NCBI GenBank assembly: GCA_045046875.1
Contig: JASFYY010000088.1
Span: forward strand, 1-21,558
DNA length: 21,558 nt
From: Verrucomicrobiota bacterium
Lineage (GTDB): Bacteria; Verrucomicrobiota; Verrucomicrobiia; Verrucomicrobiales; DEV007
Direction: 5' to 3'
The notes beneath the pieces were generated by a model, which worked only from the letters and a program-made list of their open reading frames with translations, had not been told where the DNA came from and ran no database searches. The position numbers were made by a program, and so were the translations under genes. Shown one piece after another: positions 8,996 through 16,768 of this stretch (its first letter is position 1; every line of letters begins with the position of its first letter).

Positions 8996-9775
8996 ATGTC
9001 CTACCTCGACCAACTCTTCTCACTAGAAAATCAAACTGCCATCATCATCGGTGGCACCGGCACCCTCTGCGGTGAAATGGCCCAAGGCATCGCCCAGGCT
9101 GGAGCGAACACCATCATCGTAGGGCGTAGCGCAGAAAAAGGCGCTGAACGTGTCACCGCCATCGAAGCCGCCGGAGGCAAAGCCCGCTTTGTCGCCGCCG
9201 ACGTCGCCGACCGCTCTTCGCTCGAAGCCCTGCTCGCCGATGTCATGGCCATCGAAGGCTCAGTGGACATTCTGGTCAACGGAGCCGGCATCAACTCGCC
9301 GACTCCCGTGCTCGACATCCCTGATGACGAATTCGCCCGCATCATCGACATCAACCTCGCCGCCGTCTTGCGCGCCTGTCAGATTTTTGGCAAACAAATG
9401 CTCAGCCAGGAAAACGGTGGATCGATCATCAACCTCGGCTCCATTTCCGGGCTCGGCCCCTTGAGCCGCGTATTCACTTATTCCGCCAGCAAAGCCGCCG
9501 TTCACAATCTGAGCAAAAACCTCGCCCGTGAATGGGGAGACCAGGGCATCCGCGTGAATACCCTCGTGCCTGGATTTTTTCCTGCCGAGCAAAACCGCAA
9601 AGTGCTCACCGAAGACCGCGTCGCCTCCATCATGGGGCATACCCCGATGGATCGTTTTGGCAACGCAGACGAACTCATTCCAGCCACCCTTTTGCTCGCT
9701 TCAAAAAATGCCGGATCCTTCATTACCGGCATCGAAATGATCGTCGACGGAGGTTTCTCCGCCATGTCGATTTAA
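8996..9775 (+). CDS. Short-chain dehydrogenase/reductase, sugar-acid oxidoreductase-like (mannonate/gluconate 5-dehydrogenase group)
   Basis: GGTGTLC nucleotide-binding loop; [14 protein letters not shown]; catalytic [32 protein letters not shown]. Confidence 0.9.
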   Translation: MSYLDQLFSLENQTAIIIGGTGTLCGEMAQGIAQAGANTIIVGRSAEKGAERVTAIEAAGGKARFVAADVADRSSLEALLADVMAIEGSVDILVNGAGINSPTPVLDIPDDEFARIIDINLAAVLRACQIFGKQMLSQENGGSIINLGSISGLGPLSRVFTYSASKAAVHNLSKNLAREWGDQGIRVNTLVPGFFPAEQNRKVLTEDRVASIMGHTPMDRFGNADELIPATLLLASKNAGSFITGIEMIVDGGFSAMSI

Positions 9776-9783
9776 TTTGTAAC

Positions 9784-10689
9784 ATGAACTACCTCAGCAC
9801 CTTTCTCACGGGAATCGCCATGGGCGTCGCCAACGCCATCCCCGGCGTTTCAGGAGGCACGATCGCCTTCATCACCGGCATCTACGAGCGCCTCATCAAC
9901 GCGGTCAAATCCTTCGACGTGACCGCTGTGCGCAAATTGCTCAAATTCCAAATCAAAGACTTTTCCGACCATGTTGACCTGCCTTTTTTAATCAGCCTCG
10001 GACTGGGCGTGGTAGTCGGACTGCTGACTCTGGCGCGTTTATTAAAGTTCCTTTTTATAAATCACGAAACTTACGTCTGGTCATTCTTTTTCGGCCTCAT
10101 CCTCGCCTCCATTTGGTTGGTGGGTAAAACCGTCAAACACTGGACCGCCGCCCCCATCGTCAGCCTGCTGATCGGAGTCGGCATCGCCATTGCTATCGCT
10201 CTGGTCAAACCCGCAGCCGAAAATGCCAATCCCCTCTATCTGGTTCTCTGCGGCGTTATCGCCATGGCCAGTATGATCATCCCCGGTATCTCAGGCTCAT
10301 TTGTTTTGCTCCTGATGGGCAACTACAAACTGATCATGATCGATTCCATCACCGGCTTGAATTTGAAAGTGCTCATCCCCGTCGGCATTGGTGCCGTGCT
10401 CGGCATGATCACCCTGAGCCACCTGCTGTCCTGGATTTTCAAACGCTTCCACGATGCCGCCATCGCCCTGATGACCGGATTTGTGGCAGGCTCCCTGCTC
10501 ACCATCTGGCCGTGGAAAAAAGCAATCACCCAAACCTTCCAATCCGGTGACAAAGTGAAAGAAAAGGTGATCGGTTACGACTGGCAAATACCTGAGATGA
10601 ACAGCTCGACCCTCATCGCCGTCGCCATCATCATCGCCGGTTGTCTGGCGGTCTGGCTGATCGAACTCGCTGGAAAAAAAGCACCCTAG
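9784..10689 (+). CDS. DUF368 membrane protein (putative undecaprenyl-phosphate translocase, PopT family)
   Basis: Two signature repeats, GIAMGVANAIPGVSGGTIA and ASMIIPGISGSFVLLLMG, and multiple TM helices. ATG 9784 lies 8 nt after the SDR stop. Confidence 0.9.
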   Translation: MNYLSTFLTGIAMGVANAIPGVSGGTIAFITGIYERLINAVKSFDVTAVRKLLKFQIKDFSDHVDLPFLISLGLGVVVGLLTLARLLKFLFINHETYVWSFFFGLILASIWLVGKTVKHWTAAPIVSLLIGVGIAIAIALVKPAAENANPLYLVLCGVIAMASMIIPGISGSFVLLLMGNYKLIMIDSITGLNLKVLIPVGIGAVLGMITLSHLLSWIFKRFHDAAIALMTGFVAGSLLTIWPWKKAITQTFQSGDKVKEKVIGYDWQIPEMNSSTLIAVAIIIAGCLAVWLIELAGKKAP

Positions 10690-10700
10690 ACTCCCGAAGC

Positions 10701-11126
10701 TTAAAACAAGCCGAACAACTGCCACGTGCTTAACAGCAAACCAGCCACGCTGCCGCACAGCAAATAAAAAGCCAGTCTGCGGAAAGGCACGCTTCCTCTT
10801 CGCCGTTTGACGATGAGCCCGTATCGAAACAAACCCAACGCAAACTGAATCCACATCGTTCCTATCATAGGATAATGACCACCGCTGTGGGGGAAATCCA
10901 AAAAATCGGTCAAAGCATATTGTAGCAGCAACAATATCGAGTAACTGAAAATATATACCCAAAAAATCCATTTGGGGAAAAGCTGCCCATTTTCCTCTTT
11001 GTCAAAATCAACGGAATCTGCCGCCACCTCTGCTCCACGGCTCATAATCCAGCCCGCCACCCCAACAGCCAGCGCCAGCCCCAATGCCCCTGCTAGGGCT
11101 ATTAAAATAACTTCAACTACAGACAT
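10701..11126 (-). CDS. Hypothetical membrane protein (about 4 TM helices)
   Basis: A 141-aa ORF filling the gap between two + strand genes, with four hydrophobic segments. No recognised family. Confidence 0.6.
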   Translation of the reverse strand: MSVVEVILIALAGALGLALAVGVAGWIMSRGAEVAADSVDFDKEENGQLFPKWIFWVYIFSYSILLLLQYALTDFLDFPHSGGHYPMIGTMWIQFALGLFRYGLIVKRRRGSVPFRRLAFYLLCGSVAGLLLSTWQLFGLF

Positions 11127-11211
11127 CGCTCAGCTTCAAACTTTTTTCTTTCCTATCTTTCATTGACATCTTAGCCTGGATTCTTTCCAGCACCCTCCAT
11201 CTCATACAACG

Positions 11212-12012
11212 ATGACCCGTTTACTCCAAGCTTTATTTATACTAACGTTCATAGTCGCCTGCTCCCCATCGAATGACGAGCAAAACTCCTCCCAGATCCC
11301 CCCTCTCGTCGTCGGCATGGAGCTGACCTACCCGCCTTTCGAAATGCGCGCCGCCAACGGCCAACCTGACGGCATCAGCGTGCGCTTGGCAGAAGACCTC
11401 GCCGCCCAATTAAAGCGCCCGTTAAAAATCATCGACACCGCTTGGGACGGCATCATTCCTTCCCTGCAAAATGGCAAAATCGATCTGATCATCTCCTCGA
11501 TGACCCGCACCGAAGAGCGCGCCCAAGTCATTGATTTCTCTGCCCCCTATGTCAGCAACGGCCTGTGCATGCTGGTAGCCAAAGACTCCGCTTACAAAAG
11601 CATCGACGACCTACAGGAAAGCACTGCCAAAGTTGCCGTCAAGCTGGCCACCACCGGCCACCTCTATGCCCAGGCCGAACTCGAAGGGATCGAACTGGTG
11701 GTGCTCGACGAAGCCTCGATGTGCGCGCTCGCCGTGGTGCAGGGAAAAGCCGACGCCTTCATCTACGACCAGATCTCCATCTACCGATTCTCTCAGCAAC
11801 ACCCTGACAAAAGCACCGCCCTGTTACAACCCATCCGCCAGGAAGAATGGGCCATCGGCATCAAGAAAGGCAATGATGAGCTAAGGCTACAGGTCAATGA
11901 TTTCCTCAAAATCTACCGCAGCGAAAGAAAATTCAATGCCCTCGCCGAGCGCTACATGAAAAAGGAAAAACAAGCTTTTGAAAAAGCCGGAGTGCCTTTC
12001 ATTTTCAAATGA
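11212..12012 (+). CDS. Amino-acid ABC transporter substrate-binding lipoprotein (SBP family 3)
   Basis: Lipobox-like IVAC; VGMELTYPPFE; WDGIIPSLQNGKIDLIISSMTRTEERAQVIDFSAPY. Confidence 0.92.
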   Translation: MTRLLQALFILTFIVACSPSNDEQNSSQIPPLVVGMELTYPPFEMRAANGQPDGISVRLAEDLAAQLKRPLKIIDTAWDGIIPSLQNGKIDLIISSMTRTEERAQVIDFSAPYVSNGLCMLVAKDSAYKSIDDLQESTAKVAVKLATTGHLYAQAELEGIELVVLDEASMCALAVVQGKADAFIYDQISIYRFSQQHPDKSTALLQPIRQEEWAIGIKKGNDELRLQVNDFLKIYRSERKFNALAERYMKKEKQAFEKAGVPFIFK

Positions 12013-12066
12013 ACTCGCAAAGCGCTGCAAGCATGCTTATATACCTCTCATTAACCATCGAAAAAT

Positions 12067-12507
12067 ATGTCCTATACTCAAAAAGCCAACGATCTCGGAA
12101 TAACCTTCACTTCACAGGAACCCGGTTATTTAAACCTATGCATTCGAACCGGCAACTTGCTGATGACCTCCGGGCACGTCAGTGATCAGCACGGCATCCT
12201 CGGCAAAGACGTCAGCGTCGAACAAGGTTACGCCGCAGCCAAGGATTGCATGATCAAGATTCTGCAATCAGTCCACAACACCCACGGCACCTTGGACGAT
12301 CTGAAAGTGATCAAACTTCTCGGCTGCGTTTACTCCGCCGGCGACTTCACCGATCAACATCTGGTCATCAATGGAGCGTCTGATCTCTTGCACGAGATTT
12401 TCGGTAAAGACGGTGACGGCTACCACGCTCGCAGCGCGCTCGGATTCGCCGCCCTGCCAACCGGCGCCGCGGTCGAAGTCGAAGCGATCTTTGAAATCAA
12501 AGCGTGA
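12067..12507 (+). CDS. RidA/YjgF/UK114 family protein
   Basis: TSGH; VIKLLGCVYSAGDFTDQHLVINGASDLL; HARSALG with the conserved Arg; LPTGAAVEVEAIFEI. Confidence 0.9.
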   Translation: MSYTQKANDLGITFTSQEPGYLNLCIRTGNLLMTSGHVSDQHGILGKDVSVEQGYAAAKDCMIKILQSVHNTHGTLDDLKVIKLLGCVYSAGDFTDQHLVINGASDLLHEIFGKDGDGYHARSALGFAALPTGAAVEVEAIFEIKA

Positions 12508-12516
12508 AAATTCAGC

Positions 12517-12540
12517 GAAGAGCGAACTTTCCAGTCGGCT
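12517..12540 (+). repeat. Degenerate REP-like element
   Basis: GAAG AGCGAAC TTTCCA GTCGGCT, stem pairing 5/7. Its first 9 nt match those of the inverted element at 12605-12628 at 8/9. Confidence 0.35.
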
Positions 12541-12553
12541 ACTTCAAACACAA

Positions 12554-12581
12554 AAAAAGCGAGCCTAATGGCTCGCTTTTT
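12554..12581. terminator. Bidirectional rho-independent terminator
   Basis: AAAAAGCGAGCC TAAT GGCTCGCTTTTT, a perfect stem with A/T tails on both sides, between the convergent rid-family gene and ccsA. Confidence 0.88.
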
Positions 12582-12604
12582 ATTTGCTCTGAATCTGCAC
12601 GTGC

Positions 12605-12628
12605 GAGCAAGCAAAGCGGTCGCTCTAC
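12605..12628 (-). repeat. REP-like element
   Basis: The - strand reads GTA GAGCGA CCGCTTTGC TTGCTC: GTAG start and a 6-bp stem with one G.T. Confidence 0.4.
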
Positions 12629-12638
12629 AATCATTCCT

Positions 12639-14663
12639 TCAAGCAGCCTCGCCAGCTTTTCGCAGCTCCCGCTTCAAGCGCTTCTCCGCACCGTCCCTGG
12701 CAGCCAAAATAAAACCTGCCGCCATGACCAGCGTTTCCGCACCCCAGTAGATTCCCAGGATCAACCACAGACCATCGGTGAAGCCATAACTGTGCAAACC
12801 CACACCCAGATTATTCACCCCCCACCAGGAAAAAACGATCACCATAGCGAGAAAAACCGACAACACATTCACTCCGATCTCCCGAATGTAACCACCCGCT
12901 CGCGCGTGCAGCACCACCAGACACCACAACACAATCAACAAAGCTCCATTCTCCTTTGGATCCCAGCCCCAGAACCGTCCCCAGGAATAGTTCGCCCAAA
13001 TCCCACCCAACACCGTTCCCACCAGTGAGAAAAACAGTGCAAAACAAATCGTGCCATAAGCCATGCGAGTGACATCACGGTAATAGTCCCGATCATCATT
13101 TTTGAAACGAAACAAACGCCCAAGCAGATAAATGTGCGAAAAGGCCGCCGCAACCAAACCCGCGCCATAACCAATATTGATTGCCACCACATGCGTCAAC
13201 AACCAGAAGTTCGAATCCAATACCGCCTGCACCGGATCCATGTTATCCGCTGCATCCTTCATTTCATACTTCAGAGATAACAACATGCCACCCGCTCCAA
13301 TGATAACCGCCAGCGTCAGACCGATGCGTTTTTTTGTCATCCACTCAATGACCAGACACAATGCCACCGAAAAAGCCGCAATGAATAATACCGTATCATA
13401 AAGATTGGTCATCGGTGCCGGGCGGTCACGGATAATTCCACGAATGATCATACCCGCAACAATCAACAGCGTGCCCAAAATCGCTCCACCACCCGTCACC
13501 TTGCGCAACAAACCCGCTGTATTGCCTTCGGGTCTCAGCCATGACACAGTGAGTAAAACAAAACTCAACACAAAAACGATCATCGAATAGAAAAACAAAT
13601 CCAAACGATAATATCTCAGCTCCAAAGCCACCGTGCCGCCCTGCTCACGCGACGCCGCCGCCTTGTTCACTTTGTCACTGAAAGCCTTCAGCTCGCTTTT
13701 GAATTTTTCCGGCTCGGGCACCGCCGCCACCATCGCCTCCACACTCGCCAACCAAGGCAGCAACACCTCGCGCTTGGACTTGTCCTCAGTCGCCTGACGA
13801 ATCACATCGCCCAAGGACACCCATTTATCGTCCAAATCTTTACCTTCCGGCGGGATCAGAGCGATCGCTGATGAAAAGGTCGCCGAGGCCAATAACAAAC
13901 GGTAGGTATTGCCTAGAATTCGCTTTTCCTCATCCGAACTCTGCAAGCCTCGCTGCATTTCCTGCATCAGCACTTCAAATTTCACTTCCGGCATGTGCTT
14001 GATCAATTCCGAGATCACGATGCCCTCGGCCAGTTTACGCGCCTCGGCGTCAAACATATCGGCGTTAAAAAAGTAACCCTTTTTAGCGAACTCAAAATAA
14101 GCCATCAGATACTCGAACTCGTTGATGCTGCCGTTCAACTGCAAAACCAAAGTCTGGATTCGATCCAAGCTGTCACGATCCTTGGATTGCATCTCACGGT
14201 ATTTGGCACCCAGTTCACTGAGCTTTGCCCTCGCCACCACCAGTTCGCTGTAAGAGTATTTATCCCGTTTTTTCTTAGGCGTGATCCCCAGGGCAATCGC
14301 CACATCCGAATCATTGATCCGAAAAGTTGGATAATGTTTGGCTTGTTCAGTGCGAAAGAAAACATCCATCAACCACTCAGCGGGAGTCAGCTTGATTTTT
14401 TGCGAAGTGCCTTTGTCCTTATCTGTAAGCACAAAACTCATGCCGCGCACCTGATGCATGCGAAACATCGCAAAACGTGCAATCGAATCCATCGGCTTGA
14501 TCCGCCCCCCATCCTGCACTGGCAGCGACGCAAACAGTTCCACCACATCCTTGTCCCACGGCGTGTAGGAGGAAAAAGCCTCAGAAGCCTCCACCTCGAC
14601 CGCCGCCTGCAAGCCTGTCACCGCCAGCAACAGCGTTGTAAAAATTCCAAATAACGTTTTCAT
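12639..14663 (-). CDS. ccsA: Cytochrome c biogenesis protein CcsA (System II) with a large N-terminal extracytoplasmic domain
   Basis: WWD domain LGGIWANYSWGRFWGWDPKEN; conserved His in WLLTHV and GLHSYG; LPVQDGGRIKPMDS N-terminal motif; multiple TM helices. Confidence 0.93.
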   Translation of the reverse strand: MKTLFGIFTTLLLAVTGLQAAVEVEASEAFSSYTPWDKDVVELFASLPVQDGGRIKPMDSIARFAMFRMHQVRGMSFVLTDKDKGTSQKIKLTPAEWLMDVFFRTEQAKHYPTFRINDSDVAIALGITPKKKRDKYSYSELVVARAKLSELGAKYREMQSKDRDSLDRIQTLVLQLNGSINEFEYLMAYFEFAKKGYFFNADMFDAEARKLAEGIVISELIKHMPEVKFEVLMQEMQRGLQSSDEEKRILGNTYRLLLASATFSSAIALIPPEGKDLDDKWVSLGDVIRQATEDKSKREVLLPWLASVEAMVAAVPEPEKFKSELKAFSDKVNKAAASREQGGTVALELRYYRLDLFFYSMIVFVLSFVLLTVSWLRPEGNTAGLLRKVTGGGAILGTLLIVAGMIIRGIIRDRPAPMTNLYDTVLFIAAFSVALCLVIEWMTKKRIGLTLAVIIGAGGMLLSLKYEMKDAADNMDPVQAVLDSNFWLLTHVVAINIGYGAGLVAAAFSHIYLLGRLFRFKNDDRDYYRDVTRMAYGTICFALFFSLVGTVLGGIWANYSWGRFWGWDPKENGALLIVLWCLVVLHARAGGYIREIGVNVLSVFLAMVIVFSWWGVNNLGVGLHSYGFTDGLWLILGIYWGAETLVMAAGFILAARDGAEKRLKRELRKAGEAA

Positions 14664-15871
14664 TTCTTCTCCTTAGCTTGTTTTCTCCCCTGCCTTTTTA
14701 AGTAGCCCCACAGTTGGATCATGAAATGAACCAGCAATCCAACCCCACTAACGATCAATGAAGCCAGCGGCCAGTGGTCTGCTGGATTTTTCATCACCGC
14801 AAAAACGGTGTACATACGTTGATCCCCTTTATCGTCCGCTCCACTTGGCCCAAAACTCGATTGGAAAAAAGTGTAACCCTGATGACGCAGCGGTTTGTTC
14901 ATCGAGATGCGCACATCACGCTCACCTCCATTTTCCAGCTTGGTGATATCCGAACGATAAACCCGGGCTCTCTGCGTGCCCGGAAAATATTCAAAATGGA
15001 AGTCCCTTAACTTGATCTCAAAAGGCACCTTCCACTTTTCCTTGACCAACTTCACCGCCCAACGTTTGCCGTCGCGATGCAAAGTAAAAGGAGCCACGTC
15101 GCCGCCCCACAAAATCGCCTCGGCCTCGCCAGCCGCTTTACCTGATTCTGGAAAGGACACATACATGCCGGGCAAATTCTGTTCTGCCTGCTTGGCCGGT
15201 TTCATCGACATCAATTTGTATCCGTCGATTTCCTTGCCCTCCACCGATGCCGACATCGGCGCTCCGGATGGCACCGGAATCGCATTCTGCTCTCTGCCGT
15301 GAACCACCAGATCAAAAGGCAGTTCATCCGAAGTGAACACCCGTGTCTGCCCCTTGCCAATTCGATCCACCTGCTTCGAGGGAATCACCAAAGCCTCACT
15401 GACCTTGCCCTCCTCGTCCACCGGCATAATATCCAACTGCCACTCAGTGTAACTCTCAAACTCGGAAGCGGTATCACCCTCCCAAATCATCATCGCTCCA
15501 TACTTTTTGAACTGCAGACCAATCGCACCTCCGACAAGCAGCAACAAAATACCTGAATGAGCAATCAACAAACCCGCACCTTTCCAGCCCTTGCGCATTT
15601 TTAAAATCGCCGCCGACAGGATATTAAAAAACAACACCCACATCAACAGCCGCACTCCCGGAATCAAAGGCAGATCCATCCCCGCTACCTCATACCAGAC
15701 AAACAGCGAATCAAAATAACGCTTCTGGGTTTCATACAGACCATGCTCCACCTGCTCCAGCGTGCCCAGCAAGGTAAGAATGAAAAATAGAAACAGAACC
15801 ACACAGGCGAGGCCAAAAGAGGAAATGGTTTTCAAAAGCCGCGTCAGCGGTGTCACAGGTTTTTTACTCAT
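14660..15871 (-). CDS. resB: ResB/CcsB-like cytochrome c biogenesis protein
   Basis: LTLLGTLEQ; TM His in LIAHSG; ISMNKPLRHQGYTFFQSSF; KNP followed by a C-terminal TM helix. 4-nt overlap with ccsA. Confidence 0.85.
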   Translation of the reverse strand: MSKKPVTPLTRLLKTISSFGLACVVLFLFFILTLLGTLEQVEHGLYETQKRYFDSLFVWYEVAGMDLPLIPGVRLLMWVLFFNILSAAILKMRKGWKGAGLLIAHSGILLLLVGGAIGLQFKKYGAMMIWEGDTASEFESYTEWQLDIMPVDEEGKVSEALVIPSKQVDRIGKGQTRVFTSDELPFDLVVHGREQNAIPVPSGAPMSASVEGKEIDGYKLMSMKPAKQAEQNLPGMYVSFPESGKAAGEAEAILWGGDVAPFTLHRDGKRWAVKLVKEKWKVPFEIKLRDFHFEYFPGTQRARVYRSDITKLENGGERDVRISMNKPLRHQGYTFFQSSFGPSGADDKGDQRMYTVFAVMKNPADHWPLASLIVSGVGLLVHFMIQLWGYLKRQGRKQAKEKK

Positions 15872-16553
15872 TCGACCCTCCTTTTACCAATTTAAGTGAC
15901 TCACAGAACTGGGTGAAATTTTTCTCATTTTCAATCAGCAAAGTTTTGGGACCCGTCATTTTAACAAAAAACGAAACATCAGGCATCGAAAGCACCAAAC
16001 CCACCATGCGGTAGTCCGCCTTGGCCTCGGGCGATCCCATGCCCTTGAATGCTCCATCCAGTTCAACGTAAGTGGACTCCATCCCGAACAGCAAACGCTT
16101 GGGCAGTTTTTCAATCTCTTCTGCCGATATCGGCTCAAGCCCCATCTGTCCTCGCCAGCGATTCAAATTCGCCTGCAAACCTCCACCCACCCGGGAAACA
16201 TAACACTGCCCCTCCGCTTCCTTGCCAAAACTGAAGTTCAAAGAACGGAACTGGGTAGCCGCTTCTTTAGTCCAACCCTCGGGCAGTTGAAAAGCCAGCG
16301 GCGCGCTCTCCGCCCGGTCATTATTATGTTCACCCTCAGCGTGATTGTGACCACTGTGATCCTCTTCCCCCGGCATACCCATCATCTGACGCACCATCGC
16401 AAAACGCTCCTTGCTAGTAGCATCAAGTGCGAGCTTCTGCTCCGTCTCAGACAGCGGTCGTTTTTCCGTAATCGCTATCGGACTGCGACCGGAATCGCAG
16501 CCTACGAGCCCTAGAGCCAATAGAGGTATAACAAGTAGCAGTTTTCGTGGCAT
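15864..16553 (-). CDS. Hypothetical lipoprotein with His-rich segment, first gene of the resB-ccsA operon
   Basis: ATG 16553 gives MPRKLLLVIPLLALGLVGC (lipobox LVGC); DHSGHNHAEGEH; LPEGW; ANLNRWRGQMGL; FFVKMTGP. 8-nt overlap with resB. Confidence 0.85.
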   Translation of the reverse strand: MPRKLLLVIPLLALGLVGCDSGRSPIAITEKRPLSETEQKLALDATSKERFAMVRQMMGMPGEEDHSGHNHAEGEHNNDRAESAPLAFQLPEGWTKEAATQFRSLNFSFGKEAEGQCYVSRVGGGLQANLNRWRGQMGLEPISAEEIEKLPKRLLFGMESTYVELDGAFKGMGSPEAKADYRMVGLVLSMPDVSFFVKMTGPKTLLIENEKNFTQFCESLKLVKGGSNE

Positions 16554-16733
16554 GATCGGGTAAGCTGTAGTCTCACCTTCAGACGCGGGCAAGACACAAA
16601 GCTCAAAATGTTTAGTCTCTCAAAAACAGACTTCGTTCGAAAAGACTGAAGCGCAATCAACCATCCCGAATGTCTGGAAAAACGTAGAAATTTAAAAAAA
16701 CACACTTTTTGCCGTTCATTATGAAAATTCTAC

Positions 16734-16762
16734 TTGTCTTAATAGTTAATACTTCCTAAGTT
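16734..16762 (+). promoter_or_regulatory. Putative sigma70 promoter, leaderless arrangement
   Basis: TTGTCT (16734-16739)-N17-TAAGTT (16757-16762)-N6-ATG 16769, with no Shine-Dalgarno. Confidence 0.45.
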
Positions 16763-16768
16763 TATATC

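Noticed and set aside
9532..9783. 84-aa N-terminal extension of the DUF368 ORF in the ORF track
   Set aside because: It overlaps the SDR gene in another frame and has non-protein-like composition. Family similarity starts at ATG 9784.
11163..11168. Perfect TTGACA upstream of the SBP gene
   Set aside because: No convincing -10 hexamer at 16-18 nt spacing, so it was not called as a promoter.
12504..13028. 174-aa + strand ORF overlapping the rid stop, and other long antisense ORFs (10297..10971, 13995..14654, 17177..17758, 19672..20193)
   Set aside because: They are antisense shadows of well-supported genes, or cross a terminator, and have no recognisable motifs.
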